64,000 nt of DNA from Eledone cirrhosa (GCA_964016885.1 OZ024764.1:24738001-24802000), one strand, 5' to 3'. Numbered from the stretch's first letter, positions 35,095 to 48,183 are shown. A program made the numbers and translations. Notes: generated from the letters alone by a model not told the origin.

Positions 35095-36869
35095 AAAAAA
35101 GAGAAGAATGTCTTCACTGGAGTTCTTTAATAGTTCAATTCTTTACAGTATGTCATTATTGATATTAGTTCTGGTAAGTCCTTGTTAACTTCTGTGGAGA
35201 ACTTTAACCATTTACCATTTACATTACTCTATATATACTATTGTATTTTCACAGTAAAGGCTTTACCTCACATAATATCTCACATAACATTTACATTACT
35301 CTATATATACTATTGTATTTTCACAGTAAAGACTTTACCTCACATAATATCTCACATAACATTTACATTACTCTATATATACTATTGTATTTTCACAGTA
35401 AAGGCTTTACCTCACATAATATCTCACATAACATTTACATTACTCTATATATACTATTGTATTGTCACAGTAAAGGCTTTACCTCACATAATATCTCACA
35501 TAACATTTACATTACTCTATATATACTATTGTATTGTCACAGTAAAGGCTTTACCTCACATAATACCTCACATAACATTTACATTACTCTATATATACTA
35601 TTGTATTTTCACAGTAAAGGCTTTACCTCACATAATATCTCACATAACATTTACATTACTCTATATATACTATTGTATTGTCACAGTAAAGGCTTTACCT
35701 CACATAATATCTCACATAACATTTACATTACTCTATATATACTATTGTATTTTCACAGTAAAGGCTTTACCTCACACAATATCTCACATAACATTTACAT
35801 TACTCTGTATATATACTATTGTATTTTCACAGTAAAGACTTTACCTCACATAATATCTCACATAACATTTACATTACTCTATATATACTATTGTATTTTC
35901 ACAGTAAAGGCTTTACCTTACATAATATCTCATAACATTTACATTACTCTTTATATACTATTGTATTTTCACACTAAAGGCTTTACCTCACATAATATCT
36001 CACATAACATTTACATTACTCTATATATACTATTGTATTGTCACAGTAAAGGCTTTACCTCACATAATATCTCACATAACATTTACATTACTCTATATAT
36101 ACTATTGTATTGTCACAGTAAAGGCTTTACCTCACATAATATCTCACATAACATTTACATTACTCTATATATACTATTGTATTGTCACAGTAAAGGCTTT
36201 ACCTCACATAATACCTCACATAACATTTACATTACTCTATATATACTATTGTATTTTCACAGTAAAGGCTTTACCTCACATAATATCTCACATAACATTT
36301 ACATTACTCTATATATACTATTGTATTGTCACAGTAAAGGCTTTACCTCACATAATATCTCACATAACATTTACATTACTCTATATATACTATTGTATTT
36401 TCACACTAAAGGCTTTACCTCACATAATATCTCACATAACATTTACATTACTCTATATATACTATTGTATTGTCACAGTAAAGGCTTTACCTTACATAAT
36501 ATCTCACATAACATTTACATTACTCTATATATACTATTGTATTTTCACAGTAAAGACTTTACCTCACATAATATCTCACATAACATTTACATTACTCTAT
36601 ATATACTATTGTATTTTCACACTAAAGGCTTTACCTCACATAATATCTCACATAACATCTCGTATACGAGAGACGTGTGTTGACGTGTGTGAACAAGCTC
36701 GGCTACCGAGTCGGATTTACTTACTCAAAAAGTGAGTTTTGATTAATTTTTTTATACTGTAATATACGTTAACCCCTTGCCTTGGTCGTCAAACTTTGAG
36801 TTTATTTATTTTCGCCCCTTTTTGGGGCGAATTTTCCAGTTAAAAATTTATTACGGCAAACTAATAGAA

Positions 36870-38570
36870 ATGGACGGAATTTTCACATCTCATCCTAACG
36901 TGAAAGCCACGCCCCCTAAGAAAGGTGATACAGAGAAGCTAGAAGCACAAGGCTCTAAGTCTTCCCTCCTCACTTCTGCAAAAGAAACATGGAACACGGA
37001 ATTAAAAGAAAAATTTGTAGAAATGGGTGAAAACCCAGAAAGTCACATAAACGCAGACAAAAACATCAACGACAATAACAGCAATAGTCACAACACCAAC
37101 CAAGGAAAAAATAACGATAACACCAAACAAAGTGAACCCACTACTGGTACCTCCTTTGCACAGGCGGTCCGGAAAACACAAACCTGCAAGCAACTGGACA
37201 TTACAACTCTGAGAGAAAAGATGAAGGAAGCGAAACAGTATGTAACTTTCAAAGAAGGAGGAGACTTCACAATCACCTCCCCACAAGAAATCAAAAGAGA
37301 CACGACGCTAAGAACGATATCTTTCAGAACAATTTCCAACATAACAAGGAAACCAACTCAATTATCCCAAAAAGAGATTGAGCTGGTCCTAAAAAATGTG
37401 TGGAGTGATATATCGTTCATACAAAAAGGGCCACTCTATGGGAATATAACGGTCCTAATGAAGGATCAATTGACGGCCAGGAAATACTCTGTGGCACCAA
37501 TTGTTTCCAAGATATATACATTTTTCCCCACATATTTAGGGAAAAGAACGCAGAAGATAAGGGTCTCCGGAATCCGGCCAAATGCATGCATTTCCTGGGT
37601 ACTAACAGGATTTTTAGAAGACGAGGACGGAATCCTCTCAGTAGGAGAAGTCACCACAGACGTTTTCGGCGGTTTGAGCGTGGAGGTTCTGGTCCAAATG
37701 AGACCAGAACGAATCGCTAGAATACCACAGAGGGTGTCCCTCGATGGAGAAACATTTATATATATTTCAGCCGAGGGTAGGAGGCCCATATGTTACTACT
37801 GTTCAAGCAGGGGTCATCTAAGGGCTGCTTGTCCTCAATTGACAAAAAAAAAGGCTCTTTTGCCTACACCCCACACACCACCACCGCCACCACCACCACC
37901 ACCTCCACCACCACCACCACAACAACAACAAAAACAACAGGGAAAAATAACACAAGACACGGCCCCACCCAAAACAACTCCCAAAACACACACAAATACA
38001 ACAAAACCCCAAAATACACCACTACCCGACAGCACGGACGAGGACCCAGCGGAAACGGCACCTAGTGACGAAGAGGGGGAACCCTTCCAACCTGTAAAAA
38101 GGAAAAAAAGAAAGCACCACTCGAACATAAACGAAACAAACACACAACCACCAACAAAAACAAAACAAACAGAACAAACAAAATCCGCCCCACCCCAAAA
38201 CATAACACATACAACAAAACGTAAGCACACACAAGAACAACAAACAAACACAACACAAATAAAACAGTATACATACATTAACACAAATAACAAAGAACTA
38301 GTAAAAACAATACACAAAGACCCTTTGGTGGAAACTGAAGGGCAATTCTTTGCAAGCGCGGCCAACAAACCGCATTTAAAAATGATAAGACTCCCAATGG
38401 ACATCTATGCAAAACTAAGAGAGAACTTTCCTGAGGACGTGGGGAAAACATGTACTCGACCCTATAACCGCGTCCTCTTGAAACGTTTCCCCACCCACAC
38501 CTCACCAAACAACCCCTCCAATACGCCCATGGATATTGTGCAACCTGCTCCTCAGGAGCCGAACAGGTAG
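36870..38570 (+). CDS. LINE ORF1 (gag-like, single CCHC zinc knuckle, Pro/Gln/Thr-rich tail)
   Basis: Open 566 aa from the first ATG; CYYCSSRGHLRAAC; basic KRKKRK motif. Confidence 0.85.
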   Translation: MDGIFTSHPNVKATPPKKGDTEKLEAQGSKSSLLTSAKETWNTELKEKFVEMGENPESHINADKNINDNNSNSHNTNQGKNNDNTKQSEPTTGTSFAQAVRKTQTCKQLDITTLREKMKEAKQYVTFKEGGDFTITSPQEIKRDTTLRTISFRTISNITRKPTQLSQKEIELVLKNVWSDISFIQKGPLYGNITVLMKDQLTARKYSVAPIVSKIYTFFPTYLGKRTQKIRVSGIRPNACISWVLTGFLEDEDGILSVGEVTTDVFGGLSVEVLVQMRPERIARIPQRVSLDGETFIYISAEGRRPICYYCSSRGHLRAACPQLTKKKALLPTPHTPPPPPPPPPPPPPPQQQQKQQGKITQDTAPPKTTPKTHTNTTKPQNTPLPDSTDEDPAETAPSDEEGEPFQPVKRKKRKHHSNINETNTQPPTKTKQTEQTKSAPPQNITHTTKRKHTQEQQTNTTQIKQYTYINTNNKELVKTIHKDPLVETEGQFFASAANKPHLKMIRLPMDIYAKLRENFPEDVGKTCTRPYNRVLLKRFPTHTSPNNPSNTPMDIVQPAPQEPNR

Positions 38571-38591
38571 GTCCTTCCTCTTTTAACCAAC

Positions 38592-41500
38592 ATGGCTGAT
38601 ATAAGAGTTGGGTTTCTGAATGTACGTGGCCTGGGACTGTCTTGGAAACAAGGCAAACTTTTAAACGATCTCAGGTCACATAGAATGGATGTAATGGCTA
38701 TTTGCGAGTCCAGGATCAGCAGCGAGCACCAACTGGCGCCCCTCTTCGACGACTTTGAGATCTTCGCATCTCTCTGTCAACCGGGGGGTGGGGGTGGAGT
38801 TGTCGTTCTGCTGCGAAAACACCTGGGCCTCGCCATACAGAAGGTGCACCTGGACCCGGAGAGTCGACTGGTGGTTTTAGACGTCGGCAGTAGTGAAAGT
38901 GGAGCCCTTAGACTAATAGCTGTGTACGCCCCTTTTTGGGCAGCGCGGCCGGAATACTTCCAACGTCTGGAAACTTTTCTGGGAACGTCCCGCTCCTTGC
39001 TTTTAGTGGGGGACTGGAATGGTATCCTGGATGCACGTTGGGACTATGTAGGGGCATGTGCCAATAGAGGGGGGTGTAAAAGCCTCAAAAGGTTAATCGG
39101 CCGATTTGACCTGGCCGATAGATATCGACTAGATTTTCCGACTGTACCACTATGGACGTGGACCAATCGCAGTGGAACATCTAGGTCGTACCTAGATAGG
39201 GTCCTAGTTAGAGAGAACGATAGGGACACATTTAGCTGTCCAAAAATGTTCATGGTTGACTATTCGGATCACAAGTTAGTGACCTGCATAGCCAACCTTG
39301 ATAGAACCCATAGACAGGGACCCGGTTACTGGAAGCTGAACTTGTCCTTACCGAGAAGCAAAGCTTACAGTAAACGGATTAGCACGTTAGTTAAGCAGAA
39401 TTTGACAGGGGCAATTGTCAACAACAGGTGGTGGAGCTCTCTTAAGAGAGCAATTAGAATAGAATCGATAGGTTTTAGTCAGGAATTAGCAAGGGATAGG
39501 AACAAGACGGAAAGGGAATTAGTAGATAGAGTAGAAGAGGCGATTAGGAGTGGCAATGTAGCCGGCGTGCTGGCATCAAGAATGGCCTTAGACCAGTTCT
39601 TTGAGGTGAAGCATGAAGGCTACGTTGTCAGGAGTAAAATACGTGCTCTGGGTAATGAGGGAGCCAAAGCTGTAAGCTGGGCCCGAGTGACAGAGGCAAA
39701 AAGTGGGAACAAGTCCACGATTCGGTCTTTGAAGGACCAGGATGGGCGTGTGATCCTTGAACCTGGGCAGATGTGTGCGGCCTTTCAGCGGCACTTTGCA
39801 CGACTGTTCGAGAGGGGCGGCGCGCCGGGTGAGACTATGGATTTCAATCCATACCTCGACGGTCTGCCGCGCCTCTCGGACGCGGAGGCGAAGTCCTGCG
39901 AAAGGACGATTTCAGCTGCTGAGATAGGGGCGGCGCTGAGCCAATGCGGCAAACGCAAATCCCCGGGTCTCGATGGTCTACCATACGAGCTATATGTAGC
40001 GATGCCGGACTTGTTCTCCGATATCCTCGAAGCGGTCTACTGCAACTGGCAGCAGAACGGGAGAATTCCCAGTTCTGTGACCAAGGGCGTAGTTACGCTG
40101 GTGAGGAAGGATGAGAACAAGGGGGATGACATAAGTAACTTCAGGCCCATAACTCTGCTAAATACAGAGTTAAAGATTTTGGCCAAGGTGTTAGCGAAGA
40201 GGTTGGCGCTTGTCGTTGGAAACCTGGTGGGAGAAGCGCAGACATGCGCAATCCCGTCCAGGTCCATTCACGACAATCTCCACCTTATGCGATACATCAT
40301 AGAGAGGGTAGGGAATGAACCCGGCTTTGGTGGGGCCCTGATCAACTTGGATCAATCTAAAGCTTTCGATAGGGTTGACCATCGTTACCTGGATGCGGTG
40401 CTCGCGGCGGCAGGCTTCGGACCCGTTTTCAGGGGTTGGATTGCTGCGATGCACAGCAGCAACGTCTGCTCAAGGGTCAAGGTGAACGGCCACCTCTCGG
40501 AGCCGTTCCAAATCATGCGATCCATCCGACAGGGATGCCCTCTCTCCTCCCTACTGTATGTGCTGGCTCTTGAGCCACTACTGCGGAAGTTGGAGCGGTT
40601 GCAGGGTATCCCTTTGGAACCGGGATTGCAGAAAGCGGCGTCGGCCTACGCCGATGACGTGACAGTAATGGTGTCGAAAACCTCGCAAATCGGTGAGATC
40701 GGCACCTTACTGGAGGAATATGAAAGGTTTACAGGAGCCAAGCTGAACCGGGACAAGTCCGTCGGTTTGCAACTCGGAACATGGAGAGGCAAACCGATGC
40801 CCTCCAACGACGTCGTCGGACGCTGGACGGAGGGCCCGGTGAAGCTGCTTGGGGTCTGGTTCGGACCAGACCTCCAGGTGGAGAAAAACTGGAACGAGGT
40901 AACGGCCAGGGTGTTTGCACTCACCCAGAAGTGGGCCCAGTGCAAACTATCCCTGAAAGGTCGAGCGGAGGTGGCGAATACTTATATAGCATCCGTCATC
41001 TACTACCGCTTGACCGTCGTGCCTTGCCCAGTGAAAAGACTCGCCAAAATGGAGTGCGCGCTGTTCCAATTTCTTTGGAACAAGCGGACCCCTTTGGTGA
41101 GGAGATCCATCTGCTGTCAACACCCTTCGAAAGGAGGGCTGGGGATGCCGTGGCTACAGATGCGTAAACACGCATTAAGGCTACGGCACCTCCAGGTATT
41201 CCTCACCGGTCAACCGGTGTGGGCCCCGTTTGTGAGGCGAGCCTTTCCCAGACTCGTCTCGCTCACCGAGCTGCAATCCTGGGTCAAGCAAAGACCGAGA
41301 AAAGTGGGCGACTGGCACATTGAATGTGCCCAGGCGCTCACGGCCCTCTGGAAAGCGGACCCGGCAATCAGTGGAGACTCCACCTCGACATTCTATAGAG
41401 GGTTGGTACGCAGCAGGTGCGACGATGCTCTCGGAGAAGCTCTAGGCATGGAGGAAGATGAACTGGCCAGTCTGTTCGGTAGGACGTTTGGCCCTGGACC

Positions 41501-42029
41501 GATGGACAACTTCCAAAAGTCCCTGGCTTGGCAGTGCTACCGAGGGGCTCTACCCGTTCGAGACAAGCTCCACAGGCATGGGAGCCTGGGTAGAGATCCT
41601 TTGAATAAGATCTGTCCGAGATGCGTGCATGATGACGAAACCGTTGCGCACGCATTCGTACACTGCCCAGGCATTGCTGACCTGTGGGGCTATGTGGAAC
41701 GACTACTGTCGAGGGTGGGACCAATCCGGTTGACCACCGAGTCCATTGTCACGATCAAACCGCCTCCCCCTTTCAAAAACGAAGGAGAGGCGGTTTTTCT
41801 CTGTGTGGTAGCCATGGCTAAAGAAGTTGTATGGTGGACGAGGCTGAAAGGGCTGAGGTCAGACACCTTTCTCTCCGGCCAACAACTGGTCCCCTTTTTC
41901 AAATACCATTTTAAAAGAAGGATCAGAATGGAGAGAGAGGTGCTCTACCCCAGCAAGTTTTATGAAAGGTGGGTGAAAGTAGGGAGAATGGCCAGAGTGA
42001 ATGGGTCTTCTCTCTATATCAGCCTGTAG
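38592..42029 (+). CDS. LINE ORF2: APE endonuclease + reverse transcriptase + C-terminal zinc finger (1145 aa)
   Basis: NVRG, GDWN, SYLDRV, SDH; KSPGLDG, FRPITLLN, DQSKAFD, RQGCPLS, YADD; CPRC..ETVAHAFVHC. Confidence 0.95.
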   Translation: MADIRVGFLNVRGLGLSWKQGKLLNDLRSHRMDVMAICESRISSEHQLAPLFDDFEIFASLCQPGGGGGVVVLLRKHLGLAIQKVHLDPESRLVVLDVGSSESGALRLIAVYAPFWAARPEYFQRLETFLGTSRSLLLVGDWNGILDARWDYVGACANRGGCKSLKRLIGRFDLADRYRLDFPTVPLWTWTNRSGTSRSYLDRVLVRENDRDTFSCPKMFMVDYSDHKLVTCIANLDRTHRQGPGYWKLNLSLPRSKAYSKRISTLVKQNLTGAIVNNRWWSSLKRAIRIESIGFSQELARDRNKTERELVDRVEEAIRSGNVAGVLASRMALDQFFEVKHEGYVVRSKIRALGNEGAKAVSWARVTEAKSGNKSTIRSLKDQDGRVILEPGQMCAAFQRHFARLFERGGAPGETMDFNPYLDGLPRLSDAEAKSCERTISAAEIGAALSQCGKRKSPGLDGLPYELYVAMPDLFSDILEAVYCNWQQNGRIPSSVTKGVVTLVRKDENKGDDISNFRPITLLNTELKILAKVLAKRLALVVGNLVGEAQTCAIPSRSIHDNLHLMRYIIERVGNEPGFGGALINLDQSKAFDRVDHRYLDAVLAAAGFGPVFRGWIAAMHSSNVCSRVKVNGHLSEPFQIMRSIRQGCPLSSLLYVLALEPLLRKLERLQGIPLEPGLQKAASAYADDVTVMVSKTSQIGEIGTLLEEYERFTGAKLNRDKSVGLQLGTWRGKPMPSNDVVGRWTEGPVKLLGVWFGPDLQVEKNWNEVTARVFALTQKWAQCKLSLKGRAEVANTYIASVIYYRLTVVPCPVKRLAKMECALFQFLWNKRTPLVRRSICCQHPSKGGLGMPWLQMRKHALRLRHLQVFLTGQPVWAPFVRRAFPRLVSLTELQSWVKQRPRKVGDWHIECAQALTALWKADPAISGDSTSTFYRGLVRSRCDDALGEALGMEEDELASLFGRTFGPGPMDNFQKSLAWQCYRGALPVRDKLHRHGSLGRDPLNKICPRCVHDDETVAHAFVHCPGIADLWGYVERLLSRVGPIRLTTESIVTIKPPPPFKNEGEAVFLCVVAMAKEVVWWTRLKGLRSDTFLSGQQLVPFFKYHFKRRIRMEREVLYPSKFYERWVKVGRMARVNGSSLYISL

Positions 42030-44179
42030 GTGAAAGAAGAGGAAAAAGCGGAGACGAGGGAAGCACCTACTCTTTGTGCTCCTGAGGAGAAGGGTTACAC
42101 ATTTTTTCCGGGGTGTGTGCGACCCATGTTAATGCCCCCTCCCTATTGAGGACTTCGTTTGTTGTTGTTATTTCATTGTTATATTTTTGTACTCGTTAAT
42201 TATATGTAAACTTCCCCCCTTGTATCTGTCCCTACCTTTTGTGCCCTAGTGGCAAATAAAGAAACCACTCTATATATACTATTGTATTGTCACAGTAAAG
42301 GCTTTACCTCACATAATATCTCACATAACATTTACATTACTCTATATATACTATTGTATTGTCACAGTAAAGGCTTTACCTCACATAATATCTCACATAA
42401 CATTTACATTACTCTATATATACTATTGTATTTTCACAGTAAAGGCTTTACCTCACATAATATCTCACATAACATTTACATTACTCTATATATACTATTG
42501 TATTTTCATAGTAAAGGCTTTACCTCACATAATATCTCACATAACATTTACATTACTCTATATATACTATTGTATTGTCACAGTAAAGGCTTTACCTCAC
42601 ATAATATCTCACATAACATTTACATTACTCTATATATACTATTGTATTTTCACAGTAAAGGCTTTACCTCACATAATATCTCACATAATATTGAATCTAC
42701 GAGATTTTGATATTATTTATTTTGAGGACAATACCTTAACATCAGTATGAGCAGCCAGTTACAGCCGGTGAGAGAAACCTAGCCGGATATGGCTGGTTTA
42801 AATGTTAAAGGGTTAAGGAACACCAAACACCAGTGAAGTCATTCTTCTCCTTTTTCAAATATATCTTACTGTACCAAGAAATTATATATATATAAATGCA
42901 CACACGTATATATATACATATATAAACACACGTATACATATATAAACACACACGCATACATATACATATATAAACACACACGTATACATATACATATATA
43001 AACACACACGTATACATATTCATATATAAATAATTATATGTGCACACATATATTAAATGTGCACACATACATACATACCTTCATACATAAGTATGTACAT
43101 ATATATATATATACACTCACACATACATACAAACATGATGATGGCTGCCCCATCGTTATCAAGTATGGCCATTGCACGATATCGGTAGAGGGTCGGACGC
43201 CATGCTTTCCAGCATAGTTACGTCCCTTTACGATCTGAGTTCAAATCCCGCCGAGGTTGACTTTGCCTTTCATCCTTACGGGGTCGATAAAATAAAGTAC
43301 CAGTAATGCACTGGGTACCTGCTGGCTTTGTGCCTAAAGTAGAAACAATTATTAATAATCATCAATTAATTCTATCGTGCAATGCCTGTGTGTGAAGATA
43401 TGTTTTAAAGTGAGGCAAGACTGTGCACTGAGCCAATCCCACTCTCTGAGAGACAGTAGCTATAACCTGAAAGGAAGAAAAGATCAACATCATCTGTAAC
43501 TACTGAGCCACAGGTTTTATGTCGGAGTTATCCCAGTTTCCTGAGTTGCCTTCTCCTAGAAGAAGGCCCTGATAAAGGCCAGGGGTTCATACAAACATAC
43601 ATACATACACATTTTAAAGGTATACATGTTGACATTTTCAGAATAAAACCTATTCTTCTGTTGATATTGTAGTTATGTCAATCCTGTGCTAATCCTTACC
43701 TTCTAAGTTCAAATCCTGCCAAGAATAACATTATTTATAATGCTTCTGGGGTGTCTGTGAAATCTTTTTATATTATTTCAGTATAGATTGTGAACAATGC
43801 ATTCTTTTAGTCAACCATATCGACTCTGTTGGAGACGCAGGACATGGCAGCAATAATGAGGGACAGAGACCGCTGGAGAGAACTCGTCCATGGATCTCAG
43901 GAATTTTACCCGCCTTAGATAGATAGATAAATATCGACTCCTAAGGCTGCCAACGGCAGAGTTGTGAAAATGTTGAATGGAATACTTCGTCTTATTTCTT
44001 CCAACTCAGGACTCTCTGAGTTCAAATCAGGCTGAGGTCAACTTTGCTTTTCATCGATTCGAGGTTCATAAAATAAGTACCAGTCAAGTACTGGCGTCGA
44101 TTCTTGCTCTATATCTATTTCTCACTTTCTCTCACTGTCTATCCTTCTTTGGAAGAAATTTGCTGTAATCAGACCTGGA

Positions 44180-45807
44180 GAGGGATGGGCTCTACCAGGT
44201 TTAGAATAGAAGAGGTGGGCTCCACCAGGTTTAGAATAGAAGAGGTGGGCTCTACCAGGTTTAGAATAGAAGAGATGGGCTCCACCAGGTTTAGAATAGA
44301 AGAGGTGGGTTCCACCAGGTTTAGAATAGAAGAGATGGGCTCCACCAGGTTTAAAATAGAAGAGGTGGGCTCCACCAGGTTTAAAATAAAAGAGATGGGC
44401 TCCACCAGGTTTAAAATAGAAGAGATGGGCTCCACCAGGTTTAAAATAGAAGAGGTGAGCTCCACCATGTTTAAAATAGAAGAGGTGGGCTCCACCAGGT
44501 TTAGAATAGAAGAGGTGGGCTCCACCAGGTTTAGAATAGAAGGGATGGGCTCGACCAGGTTTAGAATAGAGGAGGTGGGCTCCACCAGGTTTTAAATAGA
44601 AGAGATGGGCTCCACCAGGTTTAAAATAGAAGAGGTGAGCTACACCATGTTTAAAATAGAAGAGGTGGGCTCCACCAGGTTTAGAATAGAAGAGATGGGC
44701 TCCACCAGATTTAGAATAGAAGAGGTGGGCTCCACCAAGTTTAAAATAGAAGAGATGGGCTCCACCAGGTTTAGAACAGAAGAGGTGGGCTCCACCAGGT
44801 TTAGAATAGAAATGGTGGGCTCCACCAGGTTTAGAATAGAAGAGGTGGGCTCCACTAGGTTTAGAACAGAAGAGGTGGGCTCCACCAGGTTTAGAATAGA
44901 AGAGGTGGGCTCCACCAGGTTTAGAATAGAAGAGGTGGGCTCCACCAGGTTTAAAATAGAAGAGGTGGGCTCCACCAGGTTTAGAATAGAAGAGGTGGAC
45001 TCCACCAGGTTTAGAATAGAAGAGGTGGACTCCACCAGGTTTAGAATAGAAGAGGTGGGCTCTACCAGGTTTAATATAGAAGAGGTGGACTCTACCAGGT
45101 TTAGAATAGAAGAGGTGGACTCCACCAGGTTTAGAATAGAAGAGGTGGACTCCACCAGGTTTAGAATAGAAGAGGTGGGCTCTACCAGGTTTAATATATA
45201 AGAGGTTGGCTCCACCAGGTTTAGAATAGAAGAGGTGGGCTCTACCAGGTTTAGAATAGAAGAGGTGGGCTCCACCAGGTTTAGAATAGAAGAGGTGGGC
45301 TCGACCAGGTTTAGAATAGAAGAGGTGGGCTCGACCAGGTTTAGAATAGAAGAGGTGGACTCCACCAGGTTTAGAATAGAAGAGGTGGGCTCTACCAGGT
45401 TTAATATATAAGAGGTTGGCTCCACCAGGTTTAGAATAGAAGAGGTGGGCTCTACCAGGTTTAGAATAGAACAGGTGGACTCCACCAGGTTTAGAATAGA
45501 AGAGGTGGGCTCGACCAGGTTTAGAATAGAAGAGGTGGGCTCGACCAGGTTTAGAATAGAAGAGATGGGCTCTACCAGGTTTAGAATAGAAGAGATGGGC
45601 TCCACCAGGTTTAGAATAGAAGAGGTGGGCTCTACCAGGTTTAATATAGAAGAGGTGGGCTCCACCAGTTTTAGAATAGCAGAGGTGGGCTCGACCAGGT
45701 TTAGAATAGAAGAGATTGTCTCCACCAGGTTTAGAATAGAAGAGATGGGCTCCACCAGGTTTAGAATAGAAGAGATGGGCTCGACCAGGTTTAAAATAGA
45801 AGAGGTG
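44180..45807. repeat. 30-bp minisatellite (~54 copies)
   Basis: Unit GGGCTCCACCAGGTTTAGAATAGAAGAGGT; monomer-like copies on the minus strand at ~12425-12452 and ~12580-12608. Confidence 0.95.
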
Positions 45808-46820
45808 TATGTTAATATAGTGCCCATACGACTCCTTCAGGCGTTATGGGACCATGGACTCCAAGTATGTACTTTGTGGAGTCACATGACTCAGAGCACT
45901 AAGCTTGCAATCGGGAGGTTGTAATTTTGAATCTTGAACTGGATGATGTGTTGTGTCCTTGAGCAATACTCTTTATTTCACGTTGTTCCAGTTTACTCAG
46001 CTGTAGAAATTAGTTGCAATGTCACTGGTGCCAAGCTGTATCAGCTGTTGCCTTTCCCCTGGACAACACCATATATAATGTATATATAGTGTATATATAC
46101 TGTATATAGTGTATATATACTGTATATAGTGTATATATAATGTATATATAGTGTATATATATATGTTATGTGACTGGTGCCAAGCTGTATCAGCCATTAC
46201 CTTTCCCAACATCGGTGGCGTGGATGATTATACAGGTGGGGCAAACCACATATTCTAACCATTAGAAAAAGAAAAATGAATGCTTCACCTTACAGATGAA
46301 AGGCAAAGCTAACTTCCCGTAAAGGGCCATAACTCTATGCTGCAAAGCATGTTGTCCAACACTCTACCGATACTGCCAATCCTTTGTAATAACTGTTTCT
46401 ACTTTTGGCACAAGGCCAGAAATATGAAGGGGAAAGCCAACTCAATTGACCCCAGTGTATCACTGGTACTTTAGTTTATCGACCCCGTCAGGATGAAAGG
46501 TAAAGTTAACCTCGACGGGATTTGAACTCAGAACACAAAGGGCCACAACTCTATGCTGCAAAGCATGTCTGATGCTCTACCGATTACTGCCAATAATAAT
46601 AACTGTTTCTACTTTTGGCACAAGGCCAGCAATTACCCCAGTACATTACTGGTACGTTATTTTATCGACCCCGTAAGGATGAAAGGCAAAGTTAACCTCG
46701 GCGGGATTTGAACTCAGAATGGCAAGGGCCGTAACTCTATGCGTCAAAGCATGGCGTCCGACGCTCTACCGATTACTGCCAATAATAATAATAATAATAA
46801 ATCTGTCTGTGCATGTGACT

Positions 46821-47035
46821 TTATTCAACTGAACATTCTGGTTTTGCAGCGAAATTGGGACAAACGGTATTTTGGGGCAGGTCACAGCTGAGTACTAAAG
46901 CACTGAATAGTAGCCCCTCTGGGCACTGACCAATGCTGCAACGACCTCTTTCACATTCGTAGAACACTCGGCAGTTTGATACCAGACTGGGGAACCTTCC
47001 CCATTCAACTCCTTCTGGACAGGGGTAGTCGCAAT
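46821..47035 (-). CDS. Terminal exon of a second CBM14 chitin-binding gene
   Basis: TTTTGTAG| acceptor, phase 1; YPCPEGVEWGRFPSLVSNCRVFYECERGRCSIGQCPEGLLFSALVLSCDLPQNTVC; stop overlaps AATAAA. Confidence 0.8.
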
Positions 47036-47268
47036 CTACAAAATAAATATTTGCAAACTTGACTGTCACCACACATTATGAACCTGAAGATTGCGAAAGC
47101 ATGAAAGTACTTGTTCAATTAACACTTAGAATTTAATATTCTATCATACTATTTCATTATAATACCATTATAGATTTTAAAGGATTGTAAATAAAACGAG
47201 TAAATCAGACAAAGTTGGAATTCCTCTTATTAATATAATCTTCTATACACAATCATACACACCCGTGT

Positions 47269-47344
<76 letters not shown>

Positions 47345-47598
47345 CTATATATACTTATATATATATTTATGAAGGCGTGTGGCTGAGTGGTTAGAGAATT
47401 GTATTCGCAATCGTAAGGTTGTGAGTTCGATTCCTGGACCAGGCGATGCGCTATGTCCTTGAGCAAGACACTTTATTTCACGTTGCTCCTTCTACCTGGA
47501 GTTGCGACCGATAGATAGTATTAGCAATTGGAAAGACCAACGGAAACATTGTTCCCTCGGTCCGATTTGACAAAAAAGTCGATCGTTCCATATATATT

Positions 47599-47630
<32 letters not shown>

Positions 47631-47810
47631 CTTTTATATATATATTTATATATACATAAATGTAAGTATGTATGTATACGTACATACATATATGTATAGT
47701 AAGTGCCGTACTAAGAGTGAGAAATGAAATTTCGTTTCATCCTATTCCAACTTATATATACATATATTTATATATATATATATACATATATATATATTTA
47801 TATATATATT

Positions 47811-47841
<31 letters not shown>

Positions 47842-48020
47842 TTATATATATATTTATATATATATACATATATAAAATATTAAAAAAATAATGAATAAAA
47901 CAATGAAACAGTTCCTTATATTAAACAAAAAAAGTTCATTATTTAACGATCGTTTCTAGGACATATATGTGTTAGAATTGGCATGCATATTCATATTATA
48001 TATATACATATATATATATT

Positions 48021-48051
<31 letters not shown>

Positions 48052-48082
48052 TTATATATATATATATATTTATATATACATA

Positions 48083-48115
<33 letters not shown>

Positions 48116-48146
48116 TTATATAAATATATATATATATATATTTATT

Positions 48147-48183
<37 letters not shown>

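Larger units (their letters stand above)
36659..42266 (+). mobile_element. Full-length, apparently intact L1/Tx1-clade LINE
   Basis: 5' UTR, ORF1, 21-nt spacer, ORF2, 3' UTR ending AATAAAGAAA. Confidence 0.92.
35208..42812 (+). mobile_element. piggyBac-type non-autonomous element containing the 72-bp satellite (35208-36658, 42267-42691), split by a Tx1 LINE
   Basis: TTAA-CCATTTACCATTTA ... TAAATGTTAAAGGG-TTAA; TTAA at 35204-35207 and 42813-42816. Confidence 0.75.

Noticed and set aside
35241-36683. 480-aa repeat ORF (also 14404-15880 and 42249-42710)
   Set aside because: Artefact of a 72-bp unit divisible by three; indels shift frames freely
44104-45924. Repeat ORFs on both strands up to 395 aa
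   Set aside because: 30-bp minisatellite; stops and a frameshift occur and there are no gene signals
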